DNA of 64,000 nt from Lingula anatina (lineage: Eukaryota; Animalia; Brachiopoda): contig CM120648.1 of NCBI GenBank assembly GCA_051362555.1, positions 11,838,587 through 11,902,586 on the forward strand. Direction: 5' to 3'. Shown one piece after another: positions 1 through 25,445 of the stretch. A model generated the notes under the pieces. It was given only the letters and a program-made list of their open reading frames with translations. It had not been told where the DNA came from and did not search any database. The position numbers and the translations under genes are program-made. Every line of letters starts with the position of its first letter. Position 1 is the stretch's first letter.

Positions 1-1473
1 TTTTTTTTTTTCACATTTGCACTAACTTTATCTAAGTTTATGGTTAAGCTGTGATTTTGTTTTCCAGAACAAGAAAAACTACAGTTAGCAGTCCATCGGA
101 CAGTCCAGTTAGTTTGCTATCTCCATCCACAGAAGACCACCAGGAGACATCAGTGCCAGCAAGGACTCGTGTCAGAAGGATGGCATCTCAGAGCCAGTCC
201 TTGCGACCAAAGACTTCCCCAGCAAAAAAACGAAAAACAGTGAAGAAATGAAGATCAGGATCTTTAAAAAGACTGTCATTGCGTCATAATGACAATGGGT
301 GGCACTGCTAGTCAGACTTATGGCATCTCATAGCCAATCCCTGCAACCAGAGACGTCACCGACAAAAAAGGAAAAAACAGCAAAAAAATAAAGATGGGAA
401 TTTAAAAAAAAAAGACTGTTAGGTGGCACTGCTGTTCAGTTCTATTTATTAATTTTTATTTGTTTATTTAAGTGTTTATTTATGACTTGAGAAGGGACCT
501 TTGTGGCTGATGAACTAGGATGTATTTTTTTCCAACTTTTTTGTAGACAAAAAAAGTTCTATAAAATACTGGATTTTGTGGGAGATATTAATCTGGGCTT
601 AATAGTTGCGCATTGTAAGGGGAGTCTTTGATAATGCTTGCATTTATATTCCCGTTGTCTTACAAAATTTTCTGCACATTCGACCTTTCTGGTCAGGTAA
701 ACAGTTAGTCCTATTACATGAAATCTTTAGTTAGTGATGAAATCGTCACCATAGTTGTAGTCAGATGGGACATGTTTTGCTAGTCAGACACTTAGTCTAC
801 TTCTCAGTTGCCCTACACCATTGCAGACTTGTTATACCATGTCATCTGCAATAAAACGACTATCTCATAAAATTCATTTACCTCAGGCTGCTTTTAGTAA
901 AAACACCCACTCTCTAACATTTTTTTCGCTCTTTTGTGTATATTTGCATGTTATTATAAACATATGGTCATGTTAACTGTCCATTACATTTATTATTACC
1001 TTTTGCTTATATTTTCAAATTGTTATCGTTATTAGAGCCATCATGTCAATTTAATTCATTGTACTTTTGGTGTCAATATTTTTTTTCAAAATCTTGAACT
1101 TTTATGCCTGGATTATTATGGTTATTAGGTGCAGTATTGTCTTTTTTTTTTGCGTGTTTTTTTGTATGGTAGGTAAGGCTGTTATGACATGATAAAAATA
1201 AGAAAAATAAGTAAAAGAGGCAGATTTTTGTTGACAAGTTCTCCGTCTGGTATTGATAGCATTTTCCAATTGTCATTTCTTGTCACCAAGAACTTGGATG
1301 CTTAGATGCTTGAACAATGCAATATTTGACTCTTAAAAATGTCAATTTAATATTCGGCATGTTTTGAAGAATTAGAAGGCCTACTTTTTTTTAGTGAGAA
1401 TTGCCCTTTTCCAATCATGTTGATGTTTATTGATCGTGCCTTAAAAGTACGAATAGGGCAGTGAAGGAGTTAA
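1..1473. mobile_element. Possible right-hand part of a degraded piggyBac-like element
   Basis: Ends in GGGCAGTGAAGGAG|TTAA (1456-1473), resembling a piggyBac terminus plus TTAA site. The other end is outside the window and no transposase is visible. Confidence 0.25.
180..440. repeat. Diverged two-copy tandem duplication, period about 140 bp
   Basis: ATGGCATCTCA...GGTGGCACTGCT recurs starting at 180 and at 320. Confidence 0.75.
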
Positions 1474-2324
1474 TCATTTCATATGTATTTAAAGAAATGT
1501 GAATTCATTTGTAAAAAGTCATAATTCTATACATAAGTAATTGATATTTAAAGGTTCACAAAGAATTGATATTTTTGCTTTTTTTTTCATAATTATCTGA
1601 TTTAATTGTTACACAATATTTAAAAAATGCAATAAAATAACAATCGTAAGTAATAGTAGCTGTCTAATTATTAACTGAGCAATCAAATAAGAAAATGTTT
1701 CATTTTGAAAATTCTTAACATTAGGTCATGACTAGGATCTTGAAATTTGCCACCTTGAAATGTGCAATTACTTTTGCCCCAATAATATTTATCTATTGAC
1801 CACTTTTTTCAAATTTAACTAAAATACACTGTTATAACAAAATTTATCCGGCTATATATGCCTTTTTATTCACATTATTCACATTTTACATTAGAAGGAA
1901 CCTTTCTATTAAGTGTGTCAGTTGATAACAAATCGATCATATCGTTTGGATAAAATCGTGCTTATGTTTATTTTGAACCGATATAAACTAACATATACTT
2001 TACAGGAATTGTATTCTATTTCAGTGAAGCTGAAGAACCAGTTTAACAAATAAACTTTCAACTGAAAGCCACAAAAAGTTCTTACTCAATATATAACATT
2101 TTTGGGCTGATAATTCTTTTATGAAACGGACTGAATTTTTCAACATGAGAGTTTATCTAGTACTGTATTGGCTAGGACAGTCTAAATTTTTTTTTTTTTA
2201 TTGCAAAAAAATTATTTTCTAAAGACAGTTCAATTCAGAATTAGTCCTATTTAAAGGATTCGGTCACTTCTTTCTCTCCAGGTGGTAATCCTTTGTGATG
2301 TCATTGACCATGGTGCCGTTGTAA

Positions 2325-7229
<4,905 letters not shown>

Positions 7230-7880
7230 CCTGCAGATTACAGTGGCCTGAAATTGAACAAAATTTCTTTTTAGATCAAGTTATTTTTAAGTATTCAAAC
7301 TATAAAACGTATATGCCTCCAATTTTTTTCCAACTGTCGGTAGACCTTTCACCCCGGATACCGTAATTCATTGACCATACGTACATGAATACGAATTACA
7401 ATATTGCCTCGTTTCAATCAAGACCAGAAAACGTATGATACAGAAAATTAGCGCCTCGCTTAGAGACTAGAAGGTAACGAGTCAACTACTATCAATATAG
7501 TCCTAAGGCAAATGTAATGATACAGCACTAAGTTTGACAACAACGGTTGAAGTAGGAGGAATAGACCTATCGCCATGACAAAATACCAACGGCTTATACA
7601 CTGCCAAAATTGTCAAGATGCTAGGAAACGTCTTTTTTAAAATCACACGCAAACAAGGAAATTTCGATAAACAATCCGCAAGGTCTAGCTCAAACAAAAT
7701 GTACCCATGGCTGTGAGTAATTCCCATAGGAAAACATATACATGTAGCTAAAGTTCAAATGCTTGTATCTTGAAAATGCATTCTATCAATCACAATGATC
7801 TTATGAGATATTTGACATATCCTGTATACCGTGTCCAATGCCGAATGGTAATTATCTCACAAGATAATTGGTGTTGATTA

Positions 7881-8089
7881 AAACCCCTTTTACACTGGAC
7901 GGCGTCCTTTCTGCGTCCTTTGAGCGACCAGGAAACTGGCATGGCTGTGGTCGTAAAAAGGAGGCACAAGCATCGCTTTGCAGAAGGAATTTTCAATGAT
8001 CGGCACGTGAAGTATTATGTGTTTTTTACTCTCAAACGGGGGCCGCACAACGGGACGCTGAAAGGACGCCGACCAGTGTAAAAGGGACT
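7881..8089. mobile_element. MITE (PIF/Harbinger-like)
   Basis: Terminal inverted repeats CCCTTTTACACTGG-CGGCGTCCTTTC / GAAAGGACGCCG-CCAGTGTAAAAGGG with TTA/TAA flanks. Confidence 0.8.
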
Positions 8090-9166
8090 TAAATGAATTG
8101 ACTTGATCTATTGGCATTACATAGCAATTGAAACTATTCCGCATAGAATTAGCTGTCAGTGGTATCCCTACCTACCTATATCTTCTAGTGACAGTATCGG
8201 TTTGTGATCGATATTTATGTAGTCGTCTATCAGCTATTCATATCTATCATATCTATTGACGCCAGCTTTGCCTGATTCATATTCACGTTCTGGCTTAAAC
8301 TTAGATAACCTAACCGAATTGGTACAATTATGTATTGCGATATTGTCAATTTATATCTTATCATTGTATAATGCCAATTAATGGCCTGAGTGTTATAAAT
8401 CAATGCGGTGAAAATCACGCACGTTTTGTTTTGATGCTGTTCTATAATGACGTGATGTAAGTCTCGCGTGATCTTAAACTTTGTCCGTTTTCCAGCCAGA
8501 TAATACACGATAAATGTGTGGTAAAAGCTTTCAACATGAGCATTTTAACCTGACAACCATTTTTAGTATAAAATCAGAAGTGTGCTCTTTTCAATATGGG
8601 TTCAAAACATATATTCGAAAAGCACAATTGGTTCTTTCGATCATTTGACTACTCAAACATCTTCCAGCCTTAATTCAAATGCTTATTAATTGAATAATAT
8701 TGAAACCGATTAATTCAGTTTAGATGTGGAAAGTGCATCATCCAACAGTCCATTTTATGGGCAACTACTTTGTATCAAAAAGTTAGTTTTGCCCATTTTA
8801 CCAGAGAAATTGTTTTTATTCTTAACATATGTTGTTTGACAATGTGAAACTCATGTTAAGGCGCGGGCCATGTTGTCGTGTTAGTGAAAGTGTTAGGAAG
8901 TGTTGGAGGTAAGTACAAAGTAAAACAACAGGGTCACATTATATATCACTGTAGGTGTGTCATTGCGTCATTCTAGTATTTAATGCTACAGTGTGTTTGG
9001 TGTGACGGTTTATAAGATATATAAAAATGGCCACTGTCATCCAGGTCTTGCCAAAAATATAGTTGTTTAGTACAAGCAAGTATGCGTAAAGGATAGAATA
9101 GTAGTGTTCCTTGGTTATAAGATTTATAGCAGGAAATTATATCGTCAAAGGAAGACCACTGTCCAC

Positions 9167-16842
<7,676 letters not shown>

Positions 16843-17712
16843 GCTGCCTATTTTCAAAATGAAATTCAAATTGTGACGATTATTGAAATATTTGAACTGT
16901 ACTTTATTCGACTTTAAACAATAAAAAGATGGCACAGTAATGAAGAAATGGTGTAGAATGACAACATCTGGGATATGGGACCCGTTAATATGATAATTAT
17001 TTATTACTGAGACAAGATTACATGTCCTTGAATCTGATATAATAACATTTAAAAAGTTGATTTAATGTATTTTTTAAACTCAAAAGATGCATTTTTAAAG
17101 CACGTATTTTAAATGACCGAAATTTCGCTAAGGGCACACTTGAATTCGACGAGCGAAGTTGTCAGTCACCCTAACACACTCTTCTTTCGGTATGGCACGT
17201 TTATCGTGCTTGAGAACCGTGCGTACTGGGGCACAGAAGCCCAAGACAAGGTGCTTCAAAGGCCCTTGCTCTCTGCGAAGTTTTTTGATCGGCACCTACA
17301 GTATAGGCCTAGTTCCAAAGTTTTGTATCTGAAAAAAAGACGTGGTCCGTCCTCCATAGCCACCATCACCCTCCCCCCTTCCCCTTCCTTCCTCGGATTC
17401 ACCTACAAGAAACTTAATAAAAAAACTGGCCTTCTTACCTTTTTAGCGTGATGTTAAAACGACTTTCAAACTCAGTCAACGAAGCCTCGTCAGCATCCAA
17501 GTTCCTAGTCAGTTTGTCTAAATCCACCCCGCGCAGAGGCACCTGGTTTTTAACATGGGTAAAACAGATATTGCAAGATACGTAAACTTATATCATGTTA
17601 TTTGGACTGGGTGACCTCAGCTTCTTTAAATATTGGAGATAACTGGTACCATGTCAGGAATTGCGTTTGTTATCTGGTGGGAACTCTGATTATACGTCTA
17701 CGTTTGCCAATA

Positions 17713-17752
<40 letters not shown>

Positions 17753-18637
17753 CAGAGAGAGAGATAGAATAAAGAAAGGACATAAGGAGAGAGAGAGTGG
17801 ATTGGGAGAGGAAAATAGGAGGGAAGATAAGAATGAGTGAGAGAAATTCAAAACTTGGTGATTAGATGACTTAGGACCATTTTTTTTCATTCTGTGTTTA
17901 TCATAGCAAGCATTACGAAACGGATTCAAATTTCACAACGGGTTGTGGTTGTTTAGTCTATCGCAAGTCTAGATTTTTAAAACAATTTCGTTTTAGATGA
18001 CAGTTAAGGAAACGCTTACAGTGTATGTATTGCTGCCTATATCGACCGTGTAACTTTAAAATGCTTCCTAAAGTTTCCTGCATATTTCTGTTTATTCGTG
18101 CATTCATTTATCTATTTATTTTATTAATTCATTTTTTTTCATTCAAGTGGTAATTAATTAATTAATTAATTGACTAATTCAGAGGCCTTGTTAAGACCAG
18201 TCTAAACTAAGGAATCAAATAAGTAAAAGGATAGGGAGTTATTGGGTTTAAGTTAAAATTCTTTAAGAGTCAACAAGTGTGTTTCAGAGTTAGGAAAAGA
18301 TAGAAAAGGTCGAATCGGATGCAGTTTTATTTGGTTGGTTCATTTCAAAACAGGATGGCAATTTTCTATCGTGTGTAGCAACCTGAGAATGGAAATTTTC
18401 TAATAATTACGCCATAGAAAATAGAAAGAAAAACCAATTAAACACGTGATCAAAACGGAGAAATAAAGTATAAATACGTGCAAATTTGTATGAAAAAGTC
18501 GGTAAAATGTTTTTAGACTCCAGAACGTCGTTGTCATCACTATAATAATAATAAAAATACTCAAAACTTTAGGAAATTATTTACCGAGTATGTTTATTTT
18601 AATATTGCAAACAACATAGAAAATGTGCCCCGGTATT

Positions 18638-18714
18638 GGAGCAAATGCCGATGCATCAAAGAATATTTCTGTCGAAGACCATTAAAATACCCTCGTCATG
18701 TAGGCACTAATTCC
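18638..18714 (-). promoter_or_regulatory. SECIS element (type II-like) in the deiodinase 3'UTR
   Basis: Minus strand: AGUGCC-uac-AUGAC-GAGGGUAUUUU-AA-UGGUCUUCGACA-GAAAUAUUCUU-UGAU-gcauc-GGCAUU. It has the AUGA/GA core, an 11-bp helix II, apical AA with a GUC/GAC mini-stem and helix I AGUGCC/GGCAUU; AATAAA follows near 18594-18599. Confidence 0.92.
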
Positions 18715-19106
18715 ATGTGGGTTTGGGTCACATTCACTGCATGTCATTGAGAAAACGGCTGAATAGGCCCTATTAAATATAAATTCAGTACCAGTGTCCT
18801 ATAGGCCCTACTATGTAGGCCTACTGCTTATAATTAATACCGGTAGGCCTACTTTATTCCAGCATATTTGTGTCGCTCTTTTTTTATTATATGATTTTAT
18901 TATTTTCTCCCTTTTTAGATTTCTTAGCAGAGACAAAACTGGTGCTACACTGTATTTCTTCAGCATCTTCACTGGAAACCTGCAGCGCCATTGCACCTAG
19001 CGCGATGTCATAACCAGATCTATTGCCATGTCCTCTTTCAAACGATGAGTGAATTTTAAACAAAACTTAATTACTGTTAACTAGGCCATATGTGTCTAAT
19101 TATTTT

Positions 19107-19631
19107 CTACAATTTGCTAAACGCATTCAACCAATTTCTGAATTCTTCAAGGTTGTAATTAAATGGTCCTTTTCCTCCTTTGTACGCGATTTTCCCATCT
19201 ACAATGATATACAGTCTCTCCGGCATCGCTTCAAAGGTTCGGTCGGCAGTGTTGTCAATATCGTCTACCACCAGGGGGCAGCCCAGGTCATTCTCAGCCA
19301 AGATGGACGCTGCCTTCAAGCGTTCTTCCAGTGTTTTGTGTTGATACAGTTTGTACGGGTTTTCCATGTACCAGCCATCCACGGGGTGAGCTTCACGGAT
19401 GTAAATTGTTAAAAAATCGGATTTGTTGGCAAATTCTGTCACCAGCTGCTTAAAAGCGGCGACATTTGCCATAAACGGGCCTCAGGTGCAGCTTCCGAAA
19501 TTCAGCACAAGGGGGCGCTCTGGTTTTGCAAATTCCAAGAGGCGCGGACGTGAAGAGCCATCCAAACTGACAACCGAGATGTCCGGCACTTTGTCGTCAA
19601 GCTCAACTGGTTTTATGTTATCTTCTGTCAT
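19107..19631 (-). CDS. Iodothyronine deiodinase family selenoprotein, 174 aa, single coding exon, Sec (UGA) at 19482-19484
   Basis: Reading through the TGA gives MTEDNIKP...RPLVLNFGSCT(U)GPFM...FLTIYIREAHPVDGW...HKTLEERL...VVDDIDN...AMPERLYII..GKIAYKGGKGPFNY, the DIO thioredoxin-fold signature. In-frame TAA at 19656-19658 precedes the ATG; acceptor at 19663/19664; SECIS downstream. Confidence 0.93.
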
Positions 19632-19730
19632 CTTTGGTCTGTTGTCAAAGTCAGGTTACACACCTGCAAACAAAAATGTAGCACGCTGTAAGTCCATCTG
19701 AAAGATTTGGTGACAGTTAATGCACGCGCG

Positions 19731-19771
<41 letters not shown>

Positions 19772-20290
19772 TTGTGTGTGTGTGTTTTTCAAATCCCTGA
19801 AGAAGGCCTAGGGGCCAAAAGCTTGGATTCGATATTACATCTTTACAGTACATCTTCATAGATGCATCTTTATAATACATGTAACTTATTTATTAGAAAA
19901 AAGTTCCGTGTATCTCGGAACAATAGGCCTAGTGGCTTTCACTGGAAACGAAAATACCCAATGGGATCCCGTGAGAGAGAGAGAGAGAAAGGGGGGGGGG
20001 GGGGGGCAGAGGCTGAGGGAGAAGAGAGAAATGAAGAAAAGGTGAGATGGGGTGACTTGAGAGGAGAGAGGAAGGGAGAAGAGGTGTTAGGAAGGGGGGA
20101 AAAAGAAAAGGAAGGAGAAAATAAGTTAGGGCGAATATGCCTCCCCTGAGGTATACGGTGTTTTTGCTTAGTCATCACGAGGTGTGAAGGATATAGAATA
20201 CATCGCGTCACTATGTTCTTTTATACTGACCTTAGAACGTATTGCCTATCGTTATTTTGATTATAAACGGTATATTGGTATGTCTCTTAC

Positions 20291-20368
20291 CTGGATCTAC
20301 CCCAATTAAGACAGCTGTGCTTTCTTCTGGTAACCCTTAGTAGGATGAAATCGAACCGTATTATATAT
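20291..20368 (-). promoter_or_regulatory. Putative non-coding first exon and TATA-like box of the deiodinase gene
   Basis: CAG|GTAAGA donor at 20291/20290; ATATATAA on the minus strand at 20361-20368; no ATG in the presumed exon. Confidence 0.45.
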
Positions 20369-21921
20369 TGTATTGGTCCTCTGACCTACTTCTTGATCCC
20401 CACTGTTATTTGCTCAAACCACGAGCTTCAAGCATGCCATATTTGTTTATTGGAAATACTTTGTGCGTACGCACTTTCATGAAGTAGATTCGATATCGTT
20501 GCAAAATGAAAAGTTTGCAACAATATTGTAGCAATTTCGTGGCAAGTTATGGTTGCCACAGTAAATTCGCTGCAAATTTGCAGCAGGCCCGATATTTTGC
20601 TAAGGGTAGGTGGCCATCTGACAAAGCAATCGGACAAGAAGGTCACTATTTCTTATCTATTTCTTACGGGGAGATACATGAACATTCCATATTGCACTGA
20701 AAAATCCAATATTTTGCTTAGGGGGGAGGGGGGACTCTCTGTCACGTTACACCGGTATCCAGGCCCCTGAAAATGATGACTTCAAACTATTTGACACTAC
20801 TGACCTTCATACCTCTGAAGCAGATATACATGTGTAGCTCTCAAAGATGGTCTGTAACTCATCCACAACATTAACGCGTATATAGGGCCTTTATGTTTAA
20901 TAGGTAGACAGAAAAGTGTCATTTTAGACACATTTTAAATGGTTAATTTGTCTGACAGTTCGGCCTAAATTACCCCCATCTCACGTTACACCTTGGTGGG
21001 TGCATTATGCTCCCTTCCCTTCCATTCACCCCAGCCCTTTATACCGTCATAGAAAAGGCAGAGACCTTCTGGAGTAATGCAAAATTTTCCAACTCGTTTT
21101 AATTAGTGGAGTGGGGACAACGTATTTATAAATATAAGGTAACAAATTTCATAGGGGTTAAAGAGCAGCAAAAAAAAAGTAATCCGCAAATCACTTACAT
21201 AGCACCTTGCTATTTATAAAAACGTGTTAACAACGCCAAATATTCCTTTTTTAAAAAGGAATTAAGATTAAAATTACTGGAGTAGGGACAACGTATTTAG
21301 ACATATAACGTCATTGTCTCATCGGAATTAAGGAACGGTAAAAAGAAATGTAATCCGCAAACCACATAGCACCTTACTGTTTATAAAAACGTGCTGACAA
21401 CGCCAATTATTTAAATTTTTTTAGTATGAAAAAAGCTAGTGAATAGGGTAACAAAACAGTGCGGCTCAATTTCATCAATGCTAGATAGCGCTATTCTACG
21501 GATAATGCTTTTCTTTAGAAAAAAATAGTTATCCCTTGAATAAAGTTATGTTTCTCAAACGCTAGATACTTATCAATGTGTCTCCACCATTGTTATGCTA
21601 TAGTTAAAAATGACCGCAGTCCTGAGGGGAACTGTCCACAGAATAACTATTGATGAAACTGGACCCCAATTAAATTTTTTCAATACACGGTAATTATTTT
21701 TGTTGATTAATACAAATTCGCAAGTATTTATACTCTTTTAATCCGTACTGATCACGCGTTTGTTTTTCTTTCTATTGTCTATGGCGATCAAATAAGTAAA
21801 TAAAATAAAATAAGTAATTTGATTAACGGATTCAATGTCGTGTGAGTAAGGCAGAGAGCAGGAAGACAACGTTCAATTTACTTTTATTTTTCTCGTTTAG
21901 TAAGCCATGTAGGCCTAGCTA

Positions 21922-22926
21922 TCACCAGTCTTTCTCCGTGTAGAAAAGTTTCCAATAGAATGAAGTCTGTCGCTTGATGATTTCTATTTGATCACCACCT
22001 AGCTGGTGTCTCCAGTTGTCGTTGACAGCTTTGGAATTTACATGGATATCATGGTACCTTTTGATCTTTGAAGGATTTTCTATTGACGTAATATTCTCCA
22101 CTTTGTGGAGGATGGAATGTGTAAAGCGCATCCGAAGGAACTCCAGCATCCGGCGCGCCTCCCACAGAGGATTGTCGCAAAAGTCCTCGTGCTTGGTAAA
22201 GTACCAAAATTTCGTCTGATTACCGTACAGCTTATACAGTCTGACAATTATCTGGAATTGTTCTTTGCGTTGGGCGAGGTATCTCATGATCGACTTTGTA
22301 TTGCAGTGACGCGCCTTCCAGTCAGTCCTGCGAGCACAATCGCTGGCAATCAGAGCAGCCGGATGGCGGATTTTTACGACAACCAACAAAGAGAACCTTT
22401 TCTGCAGACTGTGGGAAAATTTCAAAGCTATCGGATCTTTCAGTATCAAACGGGTGTCCGTTCCGTTCCTGCATCTTGGGAACATTTCTAAATAAAATCT
22501 CTCCCATCCTTTAATGTCCACTACCAAGTTGACATCGGCGTGCTTATAAACTTTCGGCTTTGCTGTAATATTACCGCAGTTGACCAGACGCTCACCGGGA
22601 TTCATGGGCTCGTGGAGGTATTTCGTGTTTTCAGAGTAGCTGGCAATCTTCCCAGCTATCGTTGTCCCACTGCGCGGCGGACCTGTGATTAAAACATCGG
22701 ACCGACTGAACATGTCCGCATTGTCAGCGGCAGCGTCGGCGTCAGTCCTGCACCGACGATCTTTTTGCAATCCAGACAGGTCGTGTTCGTTACAAGTCCT
22801 CTCAGCGCCTCTGTTGGCTGCCTCGTTAAGGTTTTCGTCCCTGGTGAAGAGTGTCATAAAGGGAAAGACGAAGCACATGTTAACGAAGTAGAACGTTGTT
22901 GTGAATCTAGTCATCCGAAGACGCAT
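21922..22926 (-). CDS. Type II membrane PAPS-dependent sulfotransferase, 334 aa, intronless CDS (copy A)
   Basis: N-terminal hydrophobic segment, 5'-PSB motif LITGPPRSGTT, YLHEP, 3'-PB motif IRHPAALIAS, KHEDF..NP. Likely 5'UTR intron acceptor at 23024/23025. Confidence 0.9.
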   Translation of the reverse strand: MRLRMTRFTTTFYFVNMCFVFPFMTLFTRDENLNEAANRGAERTCNEHDLSGLQKDRRCRTDADAAADNADMFSRSDVLITGPPRSGTTIAGKIASYSENTKYLHEPMNPGERLVNCGNITAKPKVYKHADVNLVVDIKGWERFYLEMFPRCRNGTDTRLILKDPIALKFSHSLQKRFSLLVVVKIRHPAALIASDCARRTDWKARHCNTKSIMRYLAQRKEQFQIIVRLYKLYGNQTKFWYFTKHEDFCDNPLWEARRMLEFLRMRFTHSILHKVENITSIENPSKIKRYHDIHVNSKAVNDNWRHQLGGDQIEIIKRQTSFYWKLFYTEKDW

Positions 22927-24221
22927 GGTTACGTCTATATCAGCTGTCCAACTGTCTTGTAGTCAAGTATTTATTTTCATTCCTCTTCTGTGTGCTCTCT
23001 CACTAACCAACTAATAACTTGCATACTGCAAAAAAAGAAGGAAAAGTTGTTTGTATTCAAACAGTCAGAGCACTCTTATCAGTTAGCAGCCAGTGTTTTA
23101 TTTTTAATATGTGTAAATGTCGGTGGTTTTATTTCAGTATTTTTATTTTTATTTATTATTGAATTAGGACTTTTGTTTCACTCATACACTTGCACAAGAT
23201 TCATTTTGCCCTCTCTTTCTCTCTTGCTCTCATTGTTATTTATAGTTTTCCTTTTCGAAACACGTTATTTTAAATCGTTCAAATTTCTCGTATCATTTTC
23301 AGTAGAGTCCGCTTTCATTTGCATTATTTTAAGTTATTCACACTAAGTTTTCAAAATTTTTAGTGTACGTCTGTTAAGATACTTCATTACCACTTCGTGG
23401 GATAAATGCTCTGATTTTACTGAAAAAAACGACTTCATAGGATAAAATACGACTTCATCTCCACATAAGATATTGCCTGCGGCGTCATGGGATCATGGTG
23501 AAAAATTCCCTTTTATTGGCCCAACGTTATGAGAGAGAACGTTTTTGAAATATAATGTTTTCGTACTGAAAATATTATCCAACATAGGTGAACTGTACGT
23601 TTTAATTTACTTGTATGACTGAATAGGGTTTCTTTACTGGTATTGGATGTATGTTTTGAGCAATTTTAAAATGCACAGGCATATGTAAGCGAAGATCCAG
23701 GATTTTTGAAAATTCAGTACATTATGGGAGATTATGGTCAGCGTTGAAAAAAAGGGGGGTCCAGACCCCCTGGGCCTTCCATTCCCAGATCCGCTTGATG
23801 CATAAAACTACTGGATCAGGTAAACCAGGCTATGAAAACATAATTTACGCGTAGGTTACTGGATTATAAGATGGATAAATAAACAAATAGGAAACGATTA
23901 TTAAACGTAAATAAATAGATAATTGTGTTGAAAAAGAAGCAGAGAAGGTACATGTACATAATTGTGCACTACAGTCGTTTTGATCAAGTCGCGTCCCACT
24001 CTGAAAAGACTAATTTTTCCATGAGGAAAGACAAGCGCAGTGGTAATGCTTTACGTTTGTCCCTTGGTTTCCGAGATGCTCTGTTCTGGTCCTACACCTG
24101 TGAATGTCCATCACGGCGTGATCAAACGTGTCCCAGTAATGTGCCCTTGGCTGGCTCTCTTTTGACCCGAAAGTCTTATCTGCGGCACAGTCTGCATTTG
24201 GGAACCTGTTAAAAAGGCGTT

Positions 24222-24222
<1 letters not shown>

Positions 24223-24262
<40 letters not shown>

Positions 24263-24272
24263 AGGGGGGGGG
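24223..24272. repeat. Poly-G tract of about 50 nt
   Basis: Directly visible. Confidence 0.9.
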
Positions 24273-24859
24273 TACTTGTTGTTTAGCAGCCTAATTAACG
24301 TGGTTGATCTGCGAGATCAACGGGCTTGTAAATTGATATTTATTCAGAATAAATTGATGAATTGGAAAAGTAAAGTTGCAAAGTAACCTTATGTCTCAAG
24401 TATATTGCTTATGATTGCTTATTTCTTTTGTGCTTCCACCTCACTCGATGTGAAAGATAAGAGCGTAAATTAACTACAGCACTCTACAGTCTGGAGAGTC
24501 ATTCCATAAGATAGTTGTAAAGCCGAATTTTGCAACCAAAGAAATACGTGAAAACGCAATCTGTGACTGTAACGCATTTAGCAACCGATTTCTTTAAAGT
24601 AACTGGAACAAATTGAAATAATTTAGAGATAGAGTCGGGATGGGAACGGGGTTGCCTTGACACAATAGGCTGAATCTGGTGTCTGCCCCCGGGGTGGATG
24701 ATTTATGTTTTATATATATCACAATTTCTTCCCCAAGAACACAACAATCAGTTTTTAATTGGATTCCTTGAGCTACATTCAAGCACTCAGCTGTCCAGTG
24801 CCGTGTGCTGCCCTTTTCTTTTTCAAATTAAGGGTCCCTTCACAATCATAATGACAGTG

Positions 24860-25445
24860 GTAGAGCGCATTTTGCAACTGCAACGCATTTTGCAAACAAA
24901 CAAAATCGTGAAAACGGGTCTTGCAACTGCAATGCATTTTGCAATTTTTGTAAGTCCTAGAAACGGTTGGAAGTACGGGGTGTGGTTGTCCCATAGGGTG
25001 GTTGATTGTAATTTTTACATCGTAATTTCTGATTTCTACTCGTAGATCTTTAGTAGCCTACGTAGGACTAGTGTGACCTTGCAGTCCTTTGGGGGAGGGG
25101 GGGGGGTATATTTTTATATCGTTGTTACTGATATCCCCTATCCATTAAAGTGAAGAACATGAGACATTGGGGATATTTAAAGAGATAATAACTCTTCGTA
25201 TGAGAACTATATTTCAAAATAAAAACATTGTGAACAACTCATAAAAATATAATATATTCTGTTGTACAAGAAAAACGGCAGTTATAGCTATTATTCTGAT
25301 ATCCGAGCTTGTCTTTAGAAATGCGCTTTCACGATTTTCTTTGGTTGCAAAATGCGTTGCAGTTGCAAAATGCGTTCATCTGCAAAAATGTGGCTCTGTT
25401 TGTAAGCCGCATTTTACAACTGAACGCATTTTGCAACCGGTTTTT
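24860..25445. mobile_element. DNA-transposon remnant with repeated GCATTTTGCAAC motifs in both orientations
   Basis: CGCATTTTGCAACTGCAACGCATTTTGCAA at about 24866-24895 and its inverse at about 25345-25375; related motifs at 24525-24590. Confidence 0.5.

Noticed and set aside
17140-17275. Possible SINE central-domain fragment (also about 13820-13890)
   Set aside because: No tRNA head with A/B boxes or tail could be identified with confidence.
19482-19484. Premature stop suggesting a deiodinase pseudogene
   Set aside because: TGA is at the conserved Sec position and a SECIS is present.
22016-22962. Antisense ORFs over the sulfotransferases, shared by both copies
   Set aside because: Expected shadows of a recently duplicated CDS; lengths differ between copies.
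24223-24272. Functional G-quadruplex
   Set aside because: A homopolymer of uncertain length inside a repeat-rich insertion; no supporting context.
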